From: Salmo salar
Lineage: Eukaryota
DNA length: 64,000 nt
Reading direction: 5' to 3'
Assembly (NCBI RefSeq): GCF_905237065.1
Contig: NC_059464.1
Span: 3,175,803 to 3,239,802 of the forward strand
Part shown: positions 24,803-39,109 of the stretch, piece by piece
Layout of the letters: each line of letters starts with the position of its first letter
How positions within the stretch are numbered: the first letter of the stretch is position 1
Position numbers and translations under genes: made by a program
The notes under the pieces: generated by a model
What the model was told of the DNA's origin: nothing
Database searches by the model: none
The model's input: the letters and a program-made list of their open reading frames with translations, nothing else

Positions 24803-27209
24803 TCTAATTCAAACCCCTATCAGAAGAATTAATTTGGGAGCCATGTCTAATACTGTACTCACTTTGAACGTTGCATACATTACATATACATGATCCGAGA
24901 GCTTCACTTCAATGTTCTATGCAGGCATGATTGTGACTATGTTTCTTGCTTGTAGAACATGCAACGGAAAATGTAAACAATGTCTGATATGGTTGGCAGC
25001 TATCTTGATAGCTATATAATAACAGGAGCAGTGCTGTTAAGCTTGCTATTAGACTCGTCGTGGAATCACCAGTATTGGCTTCAGTGAGGTAGGTAGGTCA
25101 CGACAAAAAAACTAAAGTATAATTAGCAGTGCGTGTTCCTGAGCTAACGTTATATAGACACAAACGCTATCTAATTGGCCAGTGATCACATAATCAATGC
25201 AAGCCTGGTTGGGGAAAACAATGCCTGTCACTGTCAATACATTTTGTGGCCTAATTTTACGACGAGAAAGAAGTCTCCCCTTAGCTAACAATGCTATGTT
25301 ACATTACCTGGCTACCAGCTCACGCTACATTAGTTTATTGCCCGGGCTCAGCTAGCTACTGTAGCTACCTTTGTCTGGTTGAAGTTAACTAACGAACTAG
25401 CTAGCTAAACCTTAAAGTAGACACACCTGTGTTTGCATATAGTTAGCTGAGTAATTACACTAGCTTATTATATAGCTAACCAGTTGCACTGTGTTGCAGA
25501 GGTAGCTAAATAGAGGTAGCAAACGCCCATTTCATCCACTTCAGATGTCGGTCAATGACATTAAGATTCGTAGAACGTTAGCTAGCTGGCATCAGTCCGA
25601 TTGCTAACCAGCTGTTCCATGCCCCTTACAGATAGCCGGTATTTAGCTAGTAGACTATCGTGACATATATATTTGCTTTGAGCAAAAGCACTTTCAGTAG
25701 ACGAAACGGTTCCAGGAAAATGAACGAAAAACAAACCAGCAAACGTTGTTCGCAGCGCGAGGAAATCCTATTTGATTTTACACAACGAAAGTCAGTTTTG
25801 CATCGCTAGCTGCGTTAACCGGGGTTGTCAGCTAGCTAAATTGCTAACAAGCTAGCCATATATCATACCCAATGCTAAAAATGAAAAGTGCCAAGAGAGA
25901 TTAAACCAGCTGCTATGTGATATATTCCATCGCTCTTCTCTATATCATCTGCTAAACATGTCTTCCGAATTATCCCTTTCTTTCTTGGAAATCAGCTGTT
26001 TGAAAGAGTGGGATAGTGAGTGAGTTGGGGGATGGATAGAAAAGGTGGGGGAGGGTTAGACCACTAGTGTAAACAATGCCATGGACAATAGATATACGGC
26101 TCATATAATCACTATTCAGATTATCATAACTACATTTTATAGAGATAAAAAATAATATTAATAGTTCAATAATAATTACATTTTTCTCCATTCAGAGAAA
26201 TACTCATTTTCTATTCTACTGCATCTCTGATATCAGATGCTGTACATGTTCACAGATAAAGTGCATATAGGTTATACATACTACCGCTTTAATACAGTGA
26301 CGTTAACAGAGGAGATTCTACACCAACAGATGAACAGTCAAGAATACAGTCTCACAAAAACGTGTCACAAAAGTACAAATACTTTTCAGACCAATGCAAC
26401 TTTGAGAGAATAAAAAAATCAGAGCATCCAGAATAATAACAAGATCATAGAAAGCAAAGAAAGACGAGCATTCAGTGGCCAAATATACAAATAAATACCC
26501 ATTTTGATGCCACCTGTCTATCAGTCATAGGGTAAAGTTACATGGTGATGACATATTTCTGATGAAAAGGCAACAGTCCTTTCTTGGAGACAGTTCATTT
26601 GAAAAAGCTAAAAGCCAATGTAGGACCACAGCTCATACTGCGTCTGGGTGATCATATACTGTATAATCAATATTTCCAAGGAAAATAAATGGCGATGTAT
26701 TTCTAAAATCCCAAACATTGTTATGGGAGTTTGTGTTCTGTGTGAATGGAAAAGTGGCATATTGCACCGGAAAACTTTATATTTCGTTCAGTAGGATTTA
26801 ATTGAAAAAAAAACAGGGATTCCATGGTCTCTCCTTTCCTCCCCTCTCTCGTGTCCACCAATGGCAGTTGAGAAAGTGACTGTTGCGTAAACAACAGCAA
26901 CATTTTAAATAGGATCAAATACAAAGGGGACCTGGTTTGCCGCATACTTTGGCCTTCATAACATACATAGACATCCACTGGAGGGTAAATGCCCCTATAT
27001 GCTGATCCTGGGTCAGTTTTTCAGTTTCCCCACTAATGGTTAAGGTTAGGATTGGGGGAGGGGAAGCTGATCCTACATCTGTACTTAGGGGAAACTTCAT
27101 CCCGGAGCCACATCCAGTCCTCTCTCACTTGTCCTGACTGCAGTCTCCACGAAACCCCTCTACCTCCATCCTCTCTCCCCCTTCCCCCTCCCTCCAATAG
27201 GCCTGGCTG

Positions 27210-27541
27210 CTAGCTGAGAGGCTGGGGGGCGATGCTGGAGCAGTCAGTGACCAGCAGGCCCACGGTTGAGCTGCCTGACAGAGACACGGCCACAGCCATG
27301 GTACCGGTCCCCGCGAGGCTACTGCTGGGGCTGGGGGCGCCCTGGACCTGGGTGACGGTGTGGGTGCCCATGTGGCCCTGGAGCTGGGTGGGTGTCTTGC
27401 ACTGCACCCCACACAGTTGGCACAGCAGCACCCCGCCGGCACCGGCCCCGCCGAACATGCCCCGTGTCCCGCCGCTCTCCTTCCACTCCTGGCCATGGTG
27501 TTTCTGAGCGTGGACACGCAGGTAGGTGAGGGTGGTGAAGC
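27210..27541 (-). CDS. maz: MAZ last coding exon incl. stop (S-FTTLTYLRVHAQKHHG...LLCQLCGVQCKTPTQLQGHMGTHT...). Two extra C2H2 fingers as in the MAZ-2/SAF-2-type isoform.
   Basis: Acceptor ctccctccag|GCTTCACC. ORF 27210..27947 (-) reads through the intron. The peptide resembles the alternative MAZ C-terminus (GFTTAAYLRIHAVKDHG...CKTPAQLAGHMQTH). Confidence 0.75.
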
Positions 27542-27736
27542 CTGGAGGGAGACGAGAGGGAGGAAGAGAGCGGGAGAGAGAGCATTGAGAAATAAGAAAA
27601 GGTGTGGAACAAAAGATGACGAACAAAAGATAAGGACATGAGTAATGAGAGAGGGATAACTGTGTAACCACCTCCGTTACACAGGTATTTTCCTCTCCTT
27701 TCACACATTTAAAAAATAACATGGAAGTCCACTCAC

Positions 27737-27908
27737 TGCGGTTGCACAGGTGGCAGGCATGGTGCTGTGATTGGTTGTGGACCCTCATGTGATCGGTGAT
27801 GTAGGCGGCAGAGAGGAGCTTGCCACAGATGTGACACGGCACCTTCTCCTCATGGCGAATCAGGTGGGCACGGAGACGGTCCCTCGTGGCGAAGGCAGAC
27901 GTGCAGGT
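27737..27908 (-). CDS. maz: MAZ exon (TCTSAFATRDRLRAHLIRHEEKVPCHICGKLLSAAYITDHMRVHNQSQHHACHLCN-R), two C2H2 fingers
   Basis: Acceptor ctacacag|ACCTGCACG and donor CCGCA|gtgagtgg. Near-identical to MAZ (AFATKDRLRAHTVRHEEKVPCHVCGKMLSSAYISDHMKVH). Confidence 0.85.
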
Positions 27909-28129
27909 CTGTGTAGCGCGCGCGCCCGCCCGCACACAGACACACACAAAACCATTGGTGTATCTTGGACATTTGGAAATGTTTCTTTGCCATTATATTT
28001 TAGAAGCTAGGCAGGTCAATGTCATTAAATTGCCTATAAAATAATTCATACAGTGCATACAGAGAAGCAAGGGACATACGACAGGAAACAAGGTTGAAAA
28101 TAGGGAGAAAGAACAAGGCAAGAGTTAAA

Positions 28130-28500
28130 ATGTCGTTCCCCCGAATTATGCAGTTTCGCGCAGATAGGTCATTCGGTGCCAGGAGTTACGTTTTTCACAA
28201 AATCCAAAATAGTGTAAAATCCATCATGGCGGACCTTATGGGTCCCTGAGTAAAATGTCTTCCTTGTGAGGAGGGACCTATGTACCGAATTTCATGACTT
28301 TAGGTCAAACGGGTTGAGGGGCGTGACCTTTCAAAGTTAGCATTTGAATCGCTGGTTATAGCGCCACCATCTGGCCATTCAGTGTAATTTTGTAAATTAC
28401 TGATCTTTATGGCAAGACCCATCTGAGATATCGCGTGTGACTTACTAACTAACAGACAAATGGACCGAGAGAGATTCATCGTGGGGGTCAAATATACATG
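28130..28500. repeat. Unclassified interspersed repeat (family also at 49040-49870)
   Basis: Shared blocks tcattcggtgccaggag...ttttcacaaaatcc...gacctatgtaccgaatttcatgacttta...gcgccaccatctggcca...gatatcgcgtgtgac. Confidence 0.6.
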
Positions 28501-28559
28501 CAGAGAGTAGAAAAAGAGAGAGTGAAAGAGTTAAAGTGAGTTATAAAAAAGAGGATTAC

Positions 28560-28623
28560 CGGGCATTTGAAGGGTCTCTCAGTGGAGTGCACCTGTCTGA
28601 CGTGACTGTTGAGGTGGTCAGGT
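28560..28623 (-). CDS. maz: MAZ exon (R-PDHLNSHVRQVHSTERPFKCP), 64 nt
   Basis: Acceptor ctgttccag|ACCTGACC and donor TGCCCG|gtaatcc. Exact match to the MAZ PDHLNSHVRQVHSTERPFKC linker. Confidence 0.85.
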
Positions 28624-28772
28624 CTGGAACAGACAGGAGAAGGGATTAAGACCCCACGTGTGTCTTATCGTAATTTCTCGTCGATAGTGCTACCCATGCA
28701 CTACAGACGTCAGTTAGAACTGAATTCTATTAGAACTCCAGACTAGTTTCACAAAAATGTGCATGTACATAT

Positions 28773-30323
28773 ACAGTACCAGTCAAAAGTTTGGACACAC
28801 CTACTAATTCAAGGGTTTTTCTTTATTTTTACAGTTTTCTACATTGTAGAATAATAGTGAAGACATCAAACTATGAACACATATGGAATCATGTAGTAAC
28901 CAAAAAAAGTGTTCAACAAATCTATGTATATTTTAGATTTTAGATTCTTCAAAATAGCCACCCTTTGCCTTGATGACAGCTTTGTACACTCTTGGCATTC
29001 TCTCAACCAGCTTCACCTGGAATGCCTTTCCAACAGTCTTGAAGAAGTTCCCACATATGCTGAGCATTTGTTGGCTGCTTTTCCTTGACTCTGCGGTCCA
29101 ACTCATCCCAAACCATTGAGGTTGTGTGATTGTGGAGGCCAGGTCATCTGATGCAGCACTCCATCACTCTCCTTCTTAGTCAAATAACCCTTACACAGCC
29201 TGAAGGTGTGTTGGGTCATTGTCCTGTTGAAAAACAAATGATAGTGCCACTAAGCACAAACCAGATGGGATGACGTATCACTGCAGAATGCTGTGGTAGC
29301 CATGCTGGTTAAGTCTGCCTTGAATTCAAATAAATCACAGACAGTGTCACCAGCAAAGCATCCCCACACCATCACACCGCCATGCTTCACGGTGGGAACC
29401 ACACATTGCGGAGATCACCTGTTCACCTACTCTGCGTCTCACAAAGACACGTGGTCGGAACCTTAAATCTCAAATTTGGACTCATTAGATCAAAGGACAG
29501 ATTTCCACTGGTCTAATGTCCATTGCTCATGATTCTTGGCCCAAGCAAGTCTCTTCTTCTTATTGGTGTCCTTTAGTAGTGGTTTCTTTGCAGCAATTTG
29601 ACCACGAAAGCCTGATTCACGCAGTCTCCTCTGAACAGTTTATGTTGAGATGTGTCTGTTACTTGACCTCTGTGAAGCATTTATTTGGGCTGCAATTTCC
29701 GAGGCTGGTAACTTTAATGAACCTATCCTCTGCAGCAAAGGTAACTCCGGGTCTTCCTTTCCTGTGGCGGTCTTCATGAGAGCCAGTTTCATCATAGCAC
29801 TTGATGTTTTTTGCGACTGCACTTGAAGAAACTTTCAAAGTTCTTGAAATTTTCCAGATTAAGACATGAAGGTCAGTCAAAGTAATAATGGATTGTCATT
29901 TCTTGCCATAATATGGACTTGGTCTGTTACCAAATAGGGCCATGTTCTGTTATACACCCCTACCTTGTAACAAAACAATTGACAGGCTCATACACATTAG
30001 TGAGGAAAGAAATTCCACAAATTAACTTTTAACAAGGCACACTTGTTAATTGAGATGAATTCCAGGTGACTACCTCATGAAGCTGGTTGAGAGAATGCCA
30101 AGTGTGCAAAGCTGTCAACAATGCAAGGGGTGCTACTTTGAAGAATCTCAAATATAAAATATATTTTGATTTGTTTAACACTTTTTTACTTACTACATGA
30201 TTCCATATGTGTTATTTCATAGTTTTGATGTCTTCACTATTATTCTACAATGTAGAAAATAGTAAAAATAAAGAAAAACCCTGGAATGAGTAGGTGTGTC
30301 CAAACTTTTGACTGGTACTGTAT
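28773..30323 (-). mobile_element. Tc1-like transposon, full length with long terminal IR/DRs, transposase frameshifted; in MAZ intron
   Basis: Termini acagtaccagtcaaaagtttggacacacctac ... gtaggtgtgtccaaacttttgactggtactgtat. Minus-strand transposase ORF fragments at 29640..29880. Confidence 0.9.
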
Positions 30324-30382
30324 GTGCATGTGTGTATACTTGTCTCACAATTGAACCCCCCCCCAGTCATCCCCCTTCTCAC

Positions 30383-30603
30383 CGTGAGAATCCCTTGGCG
30401 CAGTGGGGGCAGACGTAAGGTTTCTCCACCCCTCCTTGGTGTGAGCGTACATGGTAGCTCATGCGGTCTTTCCTCTTGAAGCGCTGCTGGCAGATGGGGC
30501 AGTGGTAGGGCTTTTCGTCCGAGTGTGAAAGCCGGTGGCGGTTCAGGTGGTACACGTCTCGGAAGGCCTTCCCACAGGCCTCACATGCATGGTTCTTCCT
30601 CAC
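30383..30603 (-). CDS. maz: MAZ exon (VRKNHACEACGKAFRDVYHLNRHRLSHSDEKPYHCPICQQRFKRKDRMSYHVRSHQGGVEKPYVCPHCAKGFS-R), three C2H2 fingers
   Basis: Acceptor ccccaaccag|GTGAGGAAG and donor TCACG|gtgagaagg. ORF 30379..30603 (-). Near-identical to MAZ zinc fingers 2-4. Confidence 0.9.
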
Positions 30604-30814
30604 CTGGTTGGGGCTAGGGTTGGGGTTGGGTTGAGGCCCCAGGTTCTGGTTCTAGGTTTGATGAGAAGAAAGGGACAGTTGGCTAGTGTTGGCTGTGGGG
30701 TCAGTGTAGCTACTCTGGTTACATTGCACAATAAAGCAGACGAGGAAAGAGAGAAAGGCAAAGGGAGCAACAAATTATTCTTCAACAATTATGACAAAAC
30801 AGGCTCCAACCAAC

Positions 30815-31179
30815 CTGTACCATTGTCCCGGCAACCACAACTGAAGCTTGGAGCACCTGGGGTGCAGCCATGGTGATGGTAGCTGGGGCGATGGACACCG
30901 CAACAGGTTGGCCCTCCTGGTTTCCAAGTGGGGAGGGTTGGGGGAGGGATTCTGCGGGAGGAGGATGAGAGGGCAGAGAAAGGTGGAGGAGGGAGAGAGG
31001 GATTGTTTGCCGTCCTCCTCTTCCCTTGCTCTCGTCCTCCCTCTCTCTGGCTGCTCTGTCCTTCATTTTGATGCCAGTGTGCACCGACTGATGGCGCCGG
31101 AGGTTGTAGTTGTTTTTAAACTGCTTGTTACATGTGTTGCAGATGTGTGTCGGCCGGCCAGGCTTGGAGACGGCCTTCT
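30815..31179 (-). CDS. maz: MAZ exon (E-KAVSKPGRPTHICNTCNKQFKNNYNLRRHQSVHTGIKMKDRAA...VVAGTMVQ), first zinc finger plus linker
   Basis: Acceptor ctcctttag|AGAAGGCC (phase 1) and donor GTACAG|gttggttgg. ORF 30782..31084 (-). Resembles MAZ ...KGPYICALCAKEFKNGYNLRRHEAIHTG.... Confidence 0.75.
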
Positions 31180-31309
31180 CTAAAGGAGAGAGGGGAAAGA
31201 GAGAGAGAAAGAGAGAAGTGAAAGGGAAAGAGGGAAAACAGAAGTGTGAGAGAAGGTAACTCCTGAAAGGGAACTACGGGTAGAGTTTGTGGGTTGGATT
31301 CCTACATGG

Positions 31310-31760
31310 GCCCCACATACTGAATAAGTAAGCTATTGGGCTCCTCTAGGTCCAAGAGGCTAGGTCCAAGAGGGTTCTAAACCGCTTCTACCCCCCAAGC
31401 CATAAGACTCCTGAACATCTAATGGCTACCCAGACTATTTGCATTGCCCCCCCCCTCTCTTTTATGCTGCTACTACTCTCAGTTATTATCTATGCATAGT
31501 CACATTAATAACTCTACCTACATGTACATATTACCTCAATTACCTCGACTAACGCGGTGCCCCCGCACATTGACGATGTACTGGTACCCCCTGTATATAG
31601 CCTCTCTATTGTTATTTTACTGCTGCTCTTTAATTATTTGTTACTTTTATTTCTTTTTTTAGGTATTTTACTTAAATCTGCATTGTTGGTTAAGGGCTTG
31701 TAAGTAAGCATTTCACTGTAAGGTCTACACCTGTTGTATTCGGCGCAAGTGACAAATACA
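31310..31760 (+). repeat. Salmonid interspersed repeat (LINE 3'-tail-like), MAZ intron
   Basis: ...gctactactctcagttattatctatgcatagtcacattaataactctacc...gcatttcactgtaaggtctacacctgttgtattcggcgcaagtgacaaataaaatttgat. Same family as 17280-/40200-. Confidence 0.6.
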
Positions 31761-32599
31761 AATTTGATATGAAATGTTTTGGAGCCTTTTTGTCCCATTT
31801 CAACAGAAGTAAATGAACTTAGCTAGCTTTCGCCAGTTGATGTACCATCAGAGAGCGAGCTGGCCAAAAACAGGTATTATTTTTGCCTCATTCACATTAG
31901 ACCTGAATCAAACTATGAAACCAGCGGCCAAATGATTGAAGACTGATAATGCTGATGTTTTTTGTTGTTGTATAATGTGAGTTTTTATTAGAGTCAGTAT
32001 AGTAATGTAATGTTATTGATTTGTCAGTTTCCCTAGCTAATTCCCTACTTTTAAAAATGACAGTGATAAACAGCTCTACAGGCTTCACTGTCATGGTGCA
32101 CCGTCAGTACACAACACTATGATCATCATGTCTTAGCAGGATCAGATGGTGATAGCTGTCCCAGTAGGGTCAGACCGCCAGGAAAGACCAGTCTACAGAG
32201 CTCAGGTGAATTTTGCAGTATATTAACAACATCAGTGAATGATACAAAGTTCCATCTTGAGTTGATGGGTAGACCTACAGTAGCTACAGGACAGCATTTT
32301 AAGATTAAGGTTACAGTCTGGGATCTGGGAATAATGGTCATTTCAATTATTGAACCATTATATTATCCAAGAATAGAATCAATGTATAAATGTACACCAA
32401 GGTAATTCTTTGTCATGCCTCATCTTAGGATGGTGACCGGTCTCAGCAGGGTCAGGCAGCCAGGGAAGACCAGTCTGTGACACAGCTGAGGTGAATTTTA
32501 GCAGATACGACACTTTATTCCCTCTGTGCAGCAAACACTGGACAAGCCAGATACTTCAAAGATTGAAACTATTTTAAGGCAGTCTGGAAATCAACTTTG

Positions 32600-33060
32600 G
32601 AGGTTTGTCAAACTGTAACAAGGGTTGATAGAGGCTTTTCCTGATTACACAAAGCATGTAAAACAAAAATGTGAGGAAGACCTGGTAGAAGATATTGATG
32701 ATGATGAATGGATACAGATATGTTTGAATGCCCAGTCATGTTCATATAATCTTAGACATCAATTATTGCAGTTTAAGACCATCCATAGAACATACTAGAT
32801 GCCAGTGTAACTGAATAACATGCACTCAGAAATGTCCTTCCTCTGCTGGATGTGTAAAAAACAAAATGGGACATATTTGCATATGTTATGGTCTTGTGAA
32901 GGCTGGCTGAATTCTGGCAGAGTATGGTATTTTATCTCAGCATGTCTACAGATTCTCCTTTCTCTGTTTTTGTTTGCTTGTAAATGTTGATACTGGAGAC
33001 TGTTATCAAATGAAATTGTAACTAAGCATTTAAGAAATGCATTGCCATTAATAAAAATAT
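32600..33060 (+). mobile_element. L1/Tx1-like LINE ORF2 C-terminal fragment
   Basis: The plus-strand translation has the LINE-1 C-terminal Cys/His motif ...CSYNLRHQLLQFKTIHRTY...FLCWMCKKQNGTYLHMLWSCEGW.... Confidence 0.5.
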
Positions 33061-34689
33061 GACAATTTTTCTTTATTGAATATTTAAAACATGCAGTGAA
33101 GCCGCTCAACAACTACATCACATTAGTCATCTAACAGACTCCCATCCAGAGCGACACACAGAAGCAACCAGGGTCAACACCCTGCTCAAGGGCACGTCGA
33201 CAGATCTCCCACAAGGTCAAAAATGGGAACCCGAACCAGTTATCCATCAGAAACCGGCCAAAGCTCCCAACCGCCAGGCCACCAGCCCTCCAAGATCCCC
33301 CCCCCAGTTCCCCAAGAGCTGCCCCACAACCATCCGAGACCCCCCCAACAGTCCCCCCAAAAAAAATTATAATAATAATAATAATAACAACACTCCCCAC
33401 CCCCAAGACACCCCCCATGCATCTACAACCAACAAAATGAACAAAAGAGAAAGACAAAGGAAAACAGAAAATAACTATGCAAAAAACTAAAGAAATCAAG
33501 GACAACAAAATCACAACAGCAAAGCCAACTGAATATGTTGGAGTGCATGTATGGCACTATTTATTAAATCATCTATTTACATGTGTGTGTGTCCATGTGA
33601 GCATTTGAATGAGAGTGTGTTCATATGCATGTGTACAAACACCTGCACGTTGCTATTCACTGGAAGGTTGGTTATCCACGATGTCACAATGCATGGCAGA
33701 AATGTCAAGTTATGTATTACTAGATTTATTCCAATATTAATGGTATACTGGGCAACTTTCATAAGGTCTGCATGCCGTACATGGAATACAGTATGACAAA
33801 ATGAGACTGTATTGAAAACATGCCCACGTCAGGGGAGATACCTATTTAGGTAATTTTTAGCTGCTGGACGGCTCAGTCCTGGCCCTGGGGGTCGACCGTC
33901 CAGTGGGTTGTCACTCTGGCCTTGGCATAACACACCCAAAACCAATAATGAATGGGTCATATTGGATTGTGTAAAAATGCAGGAAATTAGCCTTAGATGC
34001 CCCCGAAAAATATGGGAGAGGACCCCCAGACCCCCCGCCAGGTTATGCCCCCCCACTTCTAAAACCAAAGTTGTGCCCCTGGTTAAAGTAATGAAATACC
34101 AAGAAAATTGTCAAGTTCCTTAAACGTGCTGAGAATGTTCCAAAGCCAAGCAACTATCCTGCACTATTCCCAGAAAGCTGTAGGAAGGTTACATGCAAAA
34201 TAACCACAGGACAAAAAATATATGGTTCTCAGAACATTATGTGCGTGCTGGGCAGAAACTATAATCTAGCACTGTTGCACTGCTCTCACCATCACAGATG
34301 TAGACAATCCAGTCATAATTTTTTTTAAATTACATTTCTTTATCTTTTTATCTCTCACAACCTCTCTCTTTAGTCCTTCTCTCTCTCTCTTTCTCCACCC
34401 CTCTCTGTCTGTCACAAACATATGCAACAGACACAGGGAGTGTGAAAAGGACATTGTTTCCTCAGGTAAGAAATCCCATGGTTCAGGGTGGGGCTGAAGA
34501 GATATCGGATTGTGTGTGTGTTTTCAGCTTTTTATATGTAAAGGTCAAGGTGCATCCGCTGAGTCTGCAGCAGCTGTGACTCTTGACAACAAGAAAACCT
34601 CTCTCTGCCCCTCCACCCCCCTCCTATCTAGTTGTTTATTGGGGATTCCATATGTGTTTATTGAATTGGAATAATATTGAATAAACATT

Positions 34690-34815
34690 GTGGTCCTCTG
34701 TGGCTCAGTCAGTAGAGCATGTAGCTTGCAATGCCAGGATTCGATTTCCGCTGGGACCACGCATACAAAAATGTATGTATGTCGCTTTGGTTAAAAGTGT
34801 CTCATAAGTGGCATA
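34690..34815 (+). repeat. tRNA-derived SINE (SmaI/FokI-like), MAZ intron
   Basis: tggctcagtcagtagagcatgtagcttgcaatgccaggattcgatttccgctgggaccac...gtcgctttggttaaaagtgtctcataag, a tRNA-like head plus conserved tail. Confidence 0.7.
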
Positions 34816-34992
34816 TATTATTATTCTAATATTATTATAGACTGTGTAGAATTGATTAATTGAGTAAATTGTACCTGATCCTGGCTGTCTCAAATGGCAC
34901 CCCCCACCCTATTCCATACACAGTGCACTACTTTTGTAGTGTACTATATAAGGAATAGGGTGCCTTTTGGGACACAAAACATGCATTCTCAC

Positions 34993-35143
34993 CAGGTAAA
35001 GGCTCTTCATTCAGGGCGGCTGTGTCCACTGTGGATGGGGGAGGGGCTATGTGCTCTGTAGGGGGGCTCTGGGCAGAGCCAGTCATGTCCGGAAGCAGCT
35101 CTGATTGGAGGGCTGTCTCAGACTGGGTCTGTGAGAGAGGAGT
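34993..35143 (-). CDS. maz: MAZ upstream exon (TPLSQTQSETALQSELLPDMTGSAQSPPTEHIAPPPSTVDTAALNEEPLP)
   Basis: Acceptor ttccccag|ACTCCTC and donor CCTG|gtgagaatg. ORF 34928..35161 (-). The STVDTAAL motif also occurs in the MAZ N-terminal region. The first (ATG) exon lies further 5' and was not identified. Confidence 0.6.
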
Positions 35144-35175
35144 CTGGGGAAATGAGAGCAATAATTAGCTGCTGA

Positions 35176-35412
35176 GGACTTGAAAGTGGGATACCTAGTC
35201 AGTTGTACAACTGAATGCAAAAAACTGAAATGTGTCTTCTGCATTTAACCTAACCCCTCTGAATCAACATCCACATCTTCCACGCCCAGGGAACAGTGGG
35301 TTAACTGCCTTGCTCAGGGGCAGAACAACAGATTTTTACCTTGTCGGCTCGGGGATTCGATCCAGCAACCTTTCGGTTACTAGCTCAATGCTCTAACCAC
35401 TAGGCTACCTGA
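35176..35412 (-). repeat. HpaI-family tRNA-derived SINE (salmonid), immediately upstream of a MAZ exon
   Basis: The reverse complement reads caggtagcctagtggttagagcattgagctagtaaccgaaaggttgctggatcgaatccccgagccgacaaggtaaaaatctgttgttctgcccctgagcaaggcagttaacccactgttccctg... Confidence 0.85.
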
Positions 35413-36838
35413 AACATCAATGGGGGATCATACCACCTTTGAACCCAGTCACCACACACACAAGCTCTTACTCTTGCCCTCATCAGCAGTACTACAACAA
35501 ATCTGTAAGGGGCACAGTTAACAAGCTGTCAGTTTAAGACTTATATGACATCACAAACATAAGCATGTGTATGATCCCAGGATCCCAAGTGCATTCACTT
35601 CTGCAGCCATAGCACTCTGATGAGTGAGACACTAAACAGAATTTGTATGTTTCTTTCTCTGACACACACACAAACTTACCTGAAACAGAAAATTACTCCA
35701 AGAAGAATCCATTTTGAAGCACGATGATGTCAGATACTTTTATTCCAGGTGTCAAAACTAGAAATATGTATCCCCCTGAGACTCGGGGCCAACCAACCAT
35801 AGGCTGGGGCCAACTGATGAATCACTCCACCTGCTGTAATAGCCTACCTAGTTCCTCTCTGCAGTTTCAAATATCAAAGGTGAATATTTATGTGTGAAAG
35901 TTTAAATCGCGGTGCATTCAATAGCTGAAATTATTATTGAAGATGAATGATCAATTTAGAAAGGCTGTCAGTTATATGACAATATTATTTACAGTAATGA
36001 TGTTAGACTAAAATGTTGTTATATGGTTTGGGACGAAAGGATGCAACATGACTAAAATGCGACAAAATGGTTGATGCATGCTTTTTAATTATGCATTTAC
36101 AATGCAATTTACATTGTATATTTATATTATAGCCCAAGGAAAAAGTATATTCTCAAATCGCTGCATAAATGTGGCTATTGAAAATAAGGAAAAATATATA
36201 AAAAGTAATAATAAGTCCGCAGTTGTTTGTAAATGCGTGGAGGAAGAGTCATTTATTTCGATAGCTCCGAGAGGCCAAAGCGGTGGTGGATTCCAAAGCC
36301 TCGGTGTTGCGTAAAATCGTGTCCCTAGCTAGAGAGTCCCTGATCGGCCGCAATCCAAGCTTCGCCTCGGCTTTTCAAACGAGAGGATGACATCTTTCTT
36401 TTTTTCTATTTCTCTCTCCCTCCCACCCTCGCTGTCTTTCTTCCTTTTATTTATTTTTTTAAAATCTCTTCCCTCTCCCCTCTCTATCTATCCCCCGCCG
36501 CCGTGTCCCCTGTTTAAAGGGAAAGTATTTTGTGTAGCTTCTGCACCCTCCTCTCTGTTCTCGTCTCCTCCGTGGCGTACGCTGTTTTCAATAGACCCGT
36601 GCATCCGCCTTCTTGCCTCCGTCAGTTCGGCCGACAGAAATACATATTTTATTAACAGCTAGTAATGCAATAGAATTGCACAACTCCAAACTTACATATC
36701 ACAACATCCTTATAGTGAGATAATATTGAGAATACCCAACTAGCTGACATCAAGAGAAACGTATGAGAGCAATAAAACAAGATCACACGCACCTTAAAGG
36801 TAAATATACACGCTGCAGGTGCAACAGCTTCATAACAA

Positions 36839-38489
<1,651 letters not shown>

Positions 38490-39109
38490 CATCAAAATAA
38501 CATTTTTTTTTTGTTTTCACTAGATTGTTAATGCTAGAATGCACCACATTGAGGTAGGCTAATGCTCCAAAGATAGATATGCAGATAGGAGTAAGAAATC
38601 TGTCTGTAAAAGAATGCTGCTGCGAATTTGACTATTGTAGGAGAGTTACAATAGTTATTCCATTCAACTTTAAATTACTGGAACAGTACACAAGGCAGAA
38701 CAGAACACATCCAGGTTAATGGTCAGTGGCCCAAGCCCAGTTCAGACAGAAAGTGGAATCAGATCGCTATCATCTCCAGGAACTTTACTTTTGGTTTATA
38801 TTTTCATTTGTTGCGCTACTAGTACTGCCTATTGATGTTTAGGAGGCAGCTACAGTAGCTGGAAGATACCATCTTCTGTTTTTATTTCATTGAATGCATT
38901 TTATTTAATCTGGGTGCTTACATCACCTGCTAGCACTATGGTACTACTCGTAGCCTCCTTTCTTCTCAGTCCCTGAAAACACTGAGTGAGAAAGAACAAC
39001 TTGTGCATTGGAGACCGATGTGCTCCTGTCCTGTCTTTTCATAATATCATTGCAGAGCTACATAAAAGCCCCAAAAGACAGCCTTGGTGTCGCTCTTCAT
39101 TTCTTGGTG

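Noticed and set aside
27232-28010. Plus-strand ORFs (27232..27507, 27360..27641, 27771..28010) and the overlapping minus-strand ORF 27319..27708
   Set aside because: They are antisense or out-of-frame translations of the GC-rich MAZ zinc-finger exons, or read through the intron. The correct reading is the spliced minus-strand MAZ frame.
33131-33514. 127-aa minus-strand ORF and 33240..33422
   Set aside because: These are low-complexity (poly-I/G/W) translations of the C-rich / (AAT)n tract. They are not coding.
36290-36660. CpG-containing segment considered as the MAZ first exon
   Set aside because: Minus-strand translation gives only a short non-MAZ peptide (MSSSRLKSRGEAWIAADQ...) and no donor in frame. 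It is kept only as a weak possibility in the findings.
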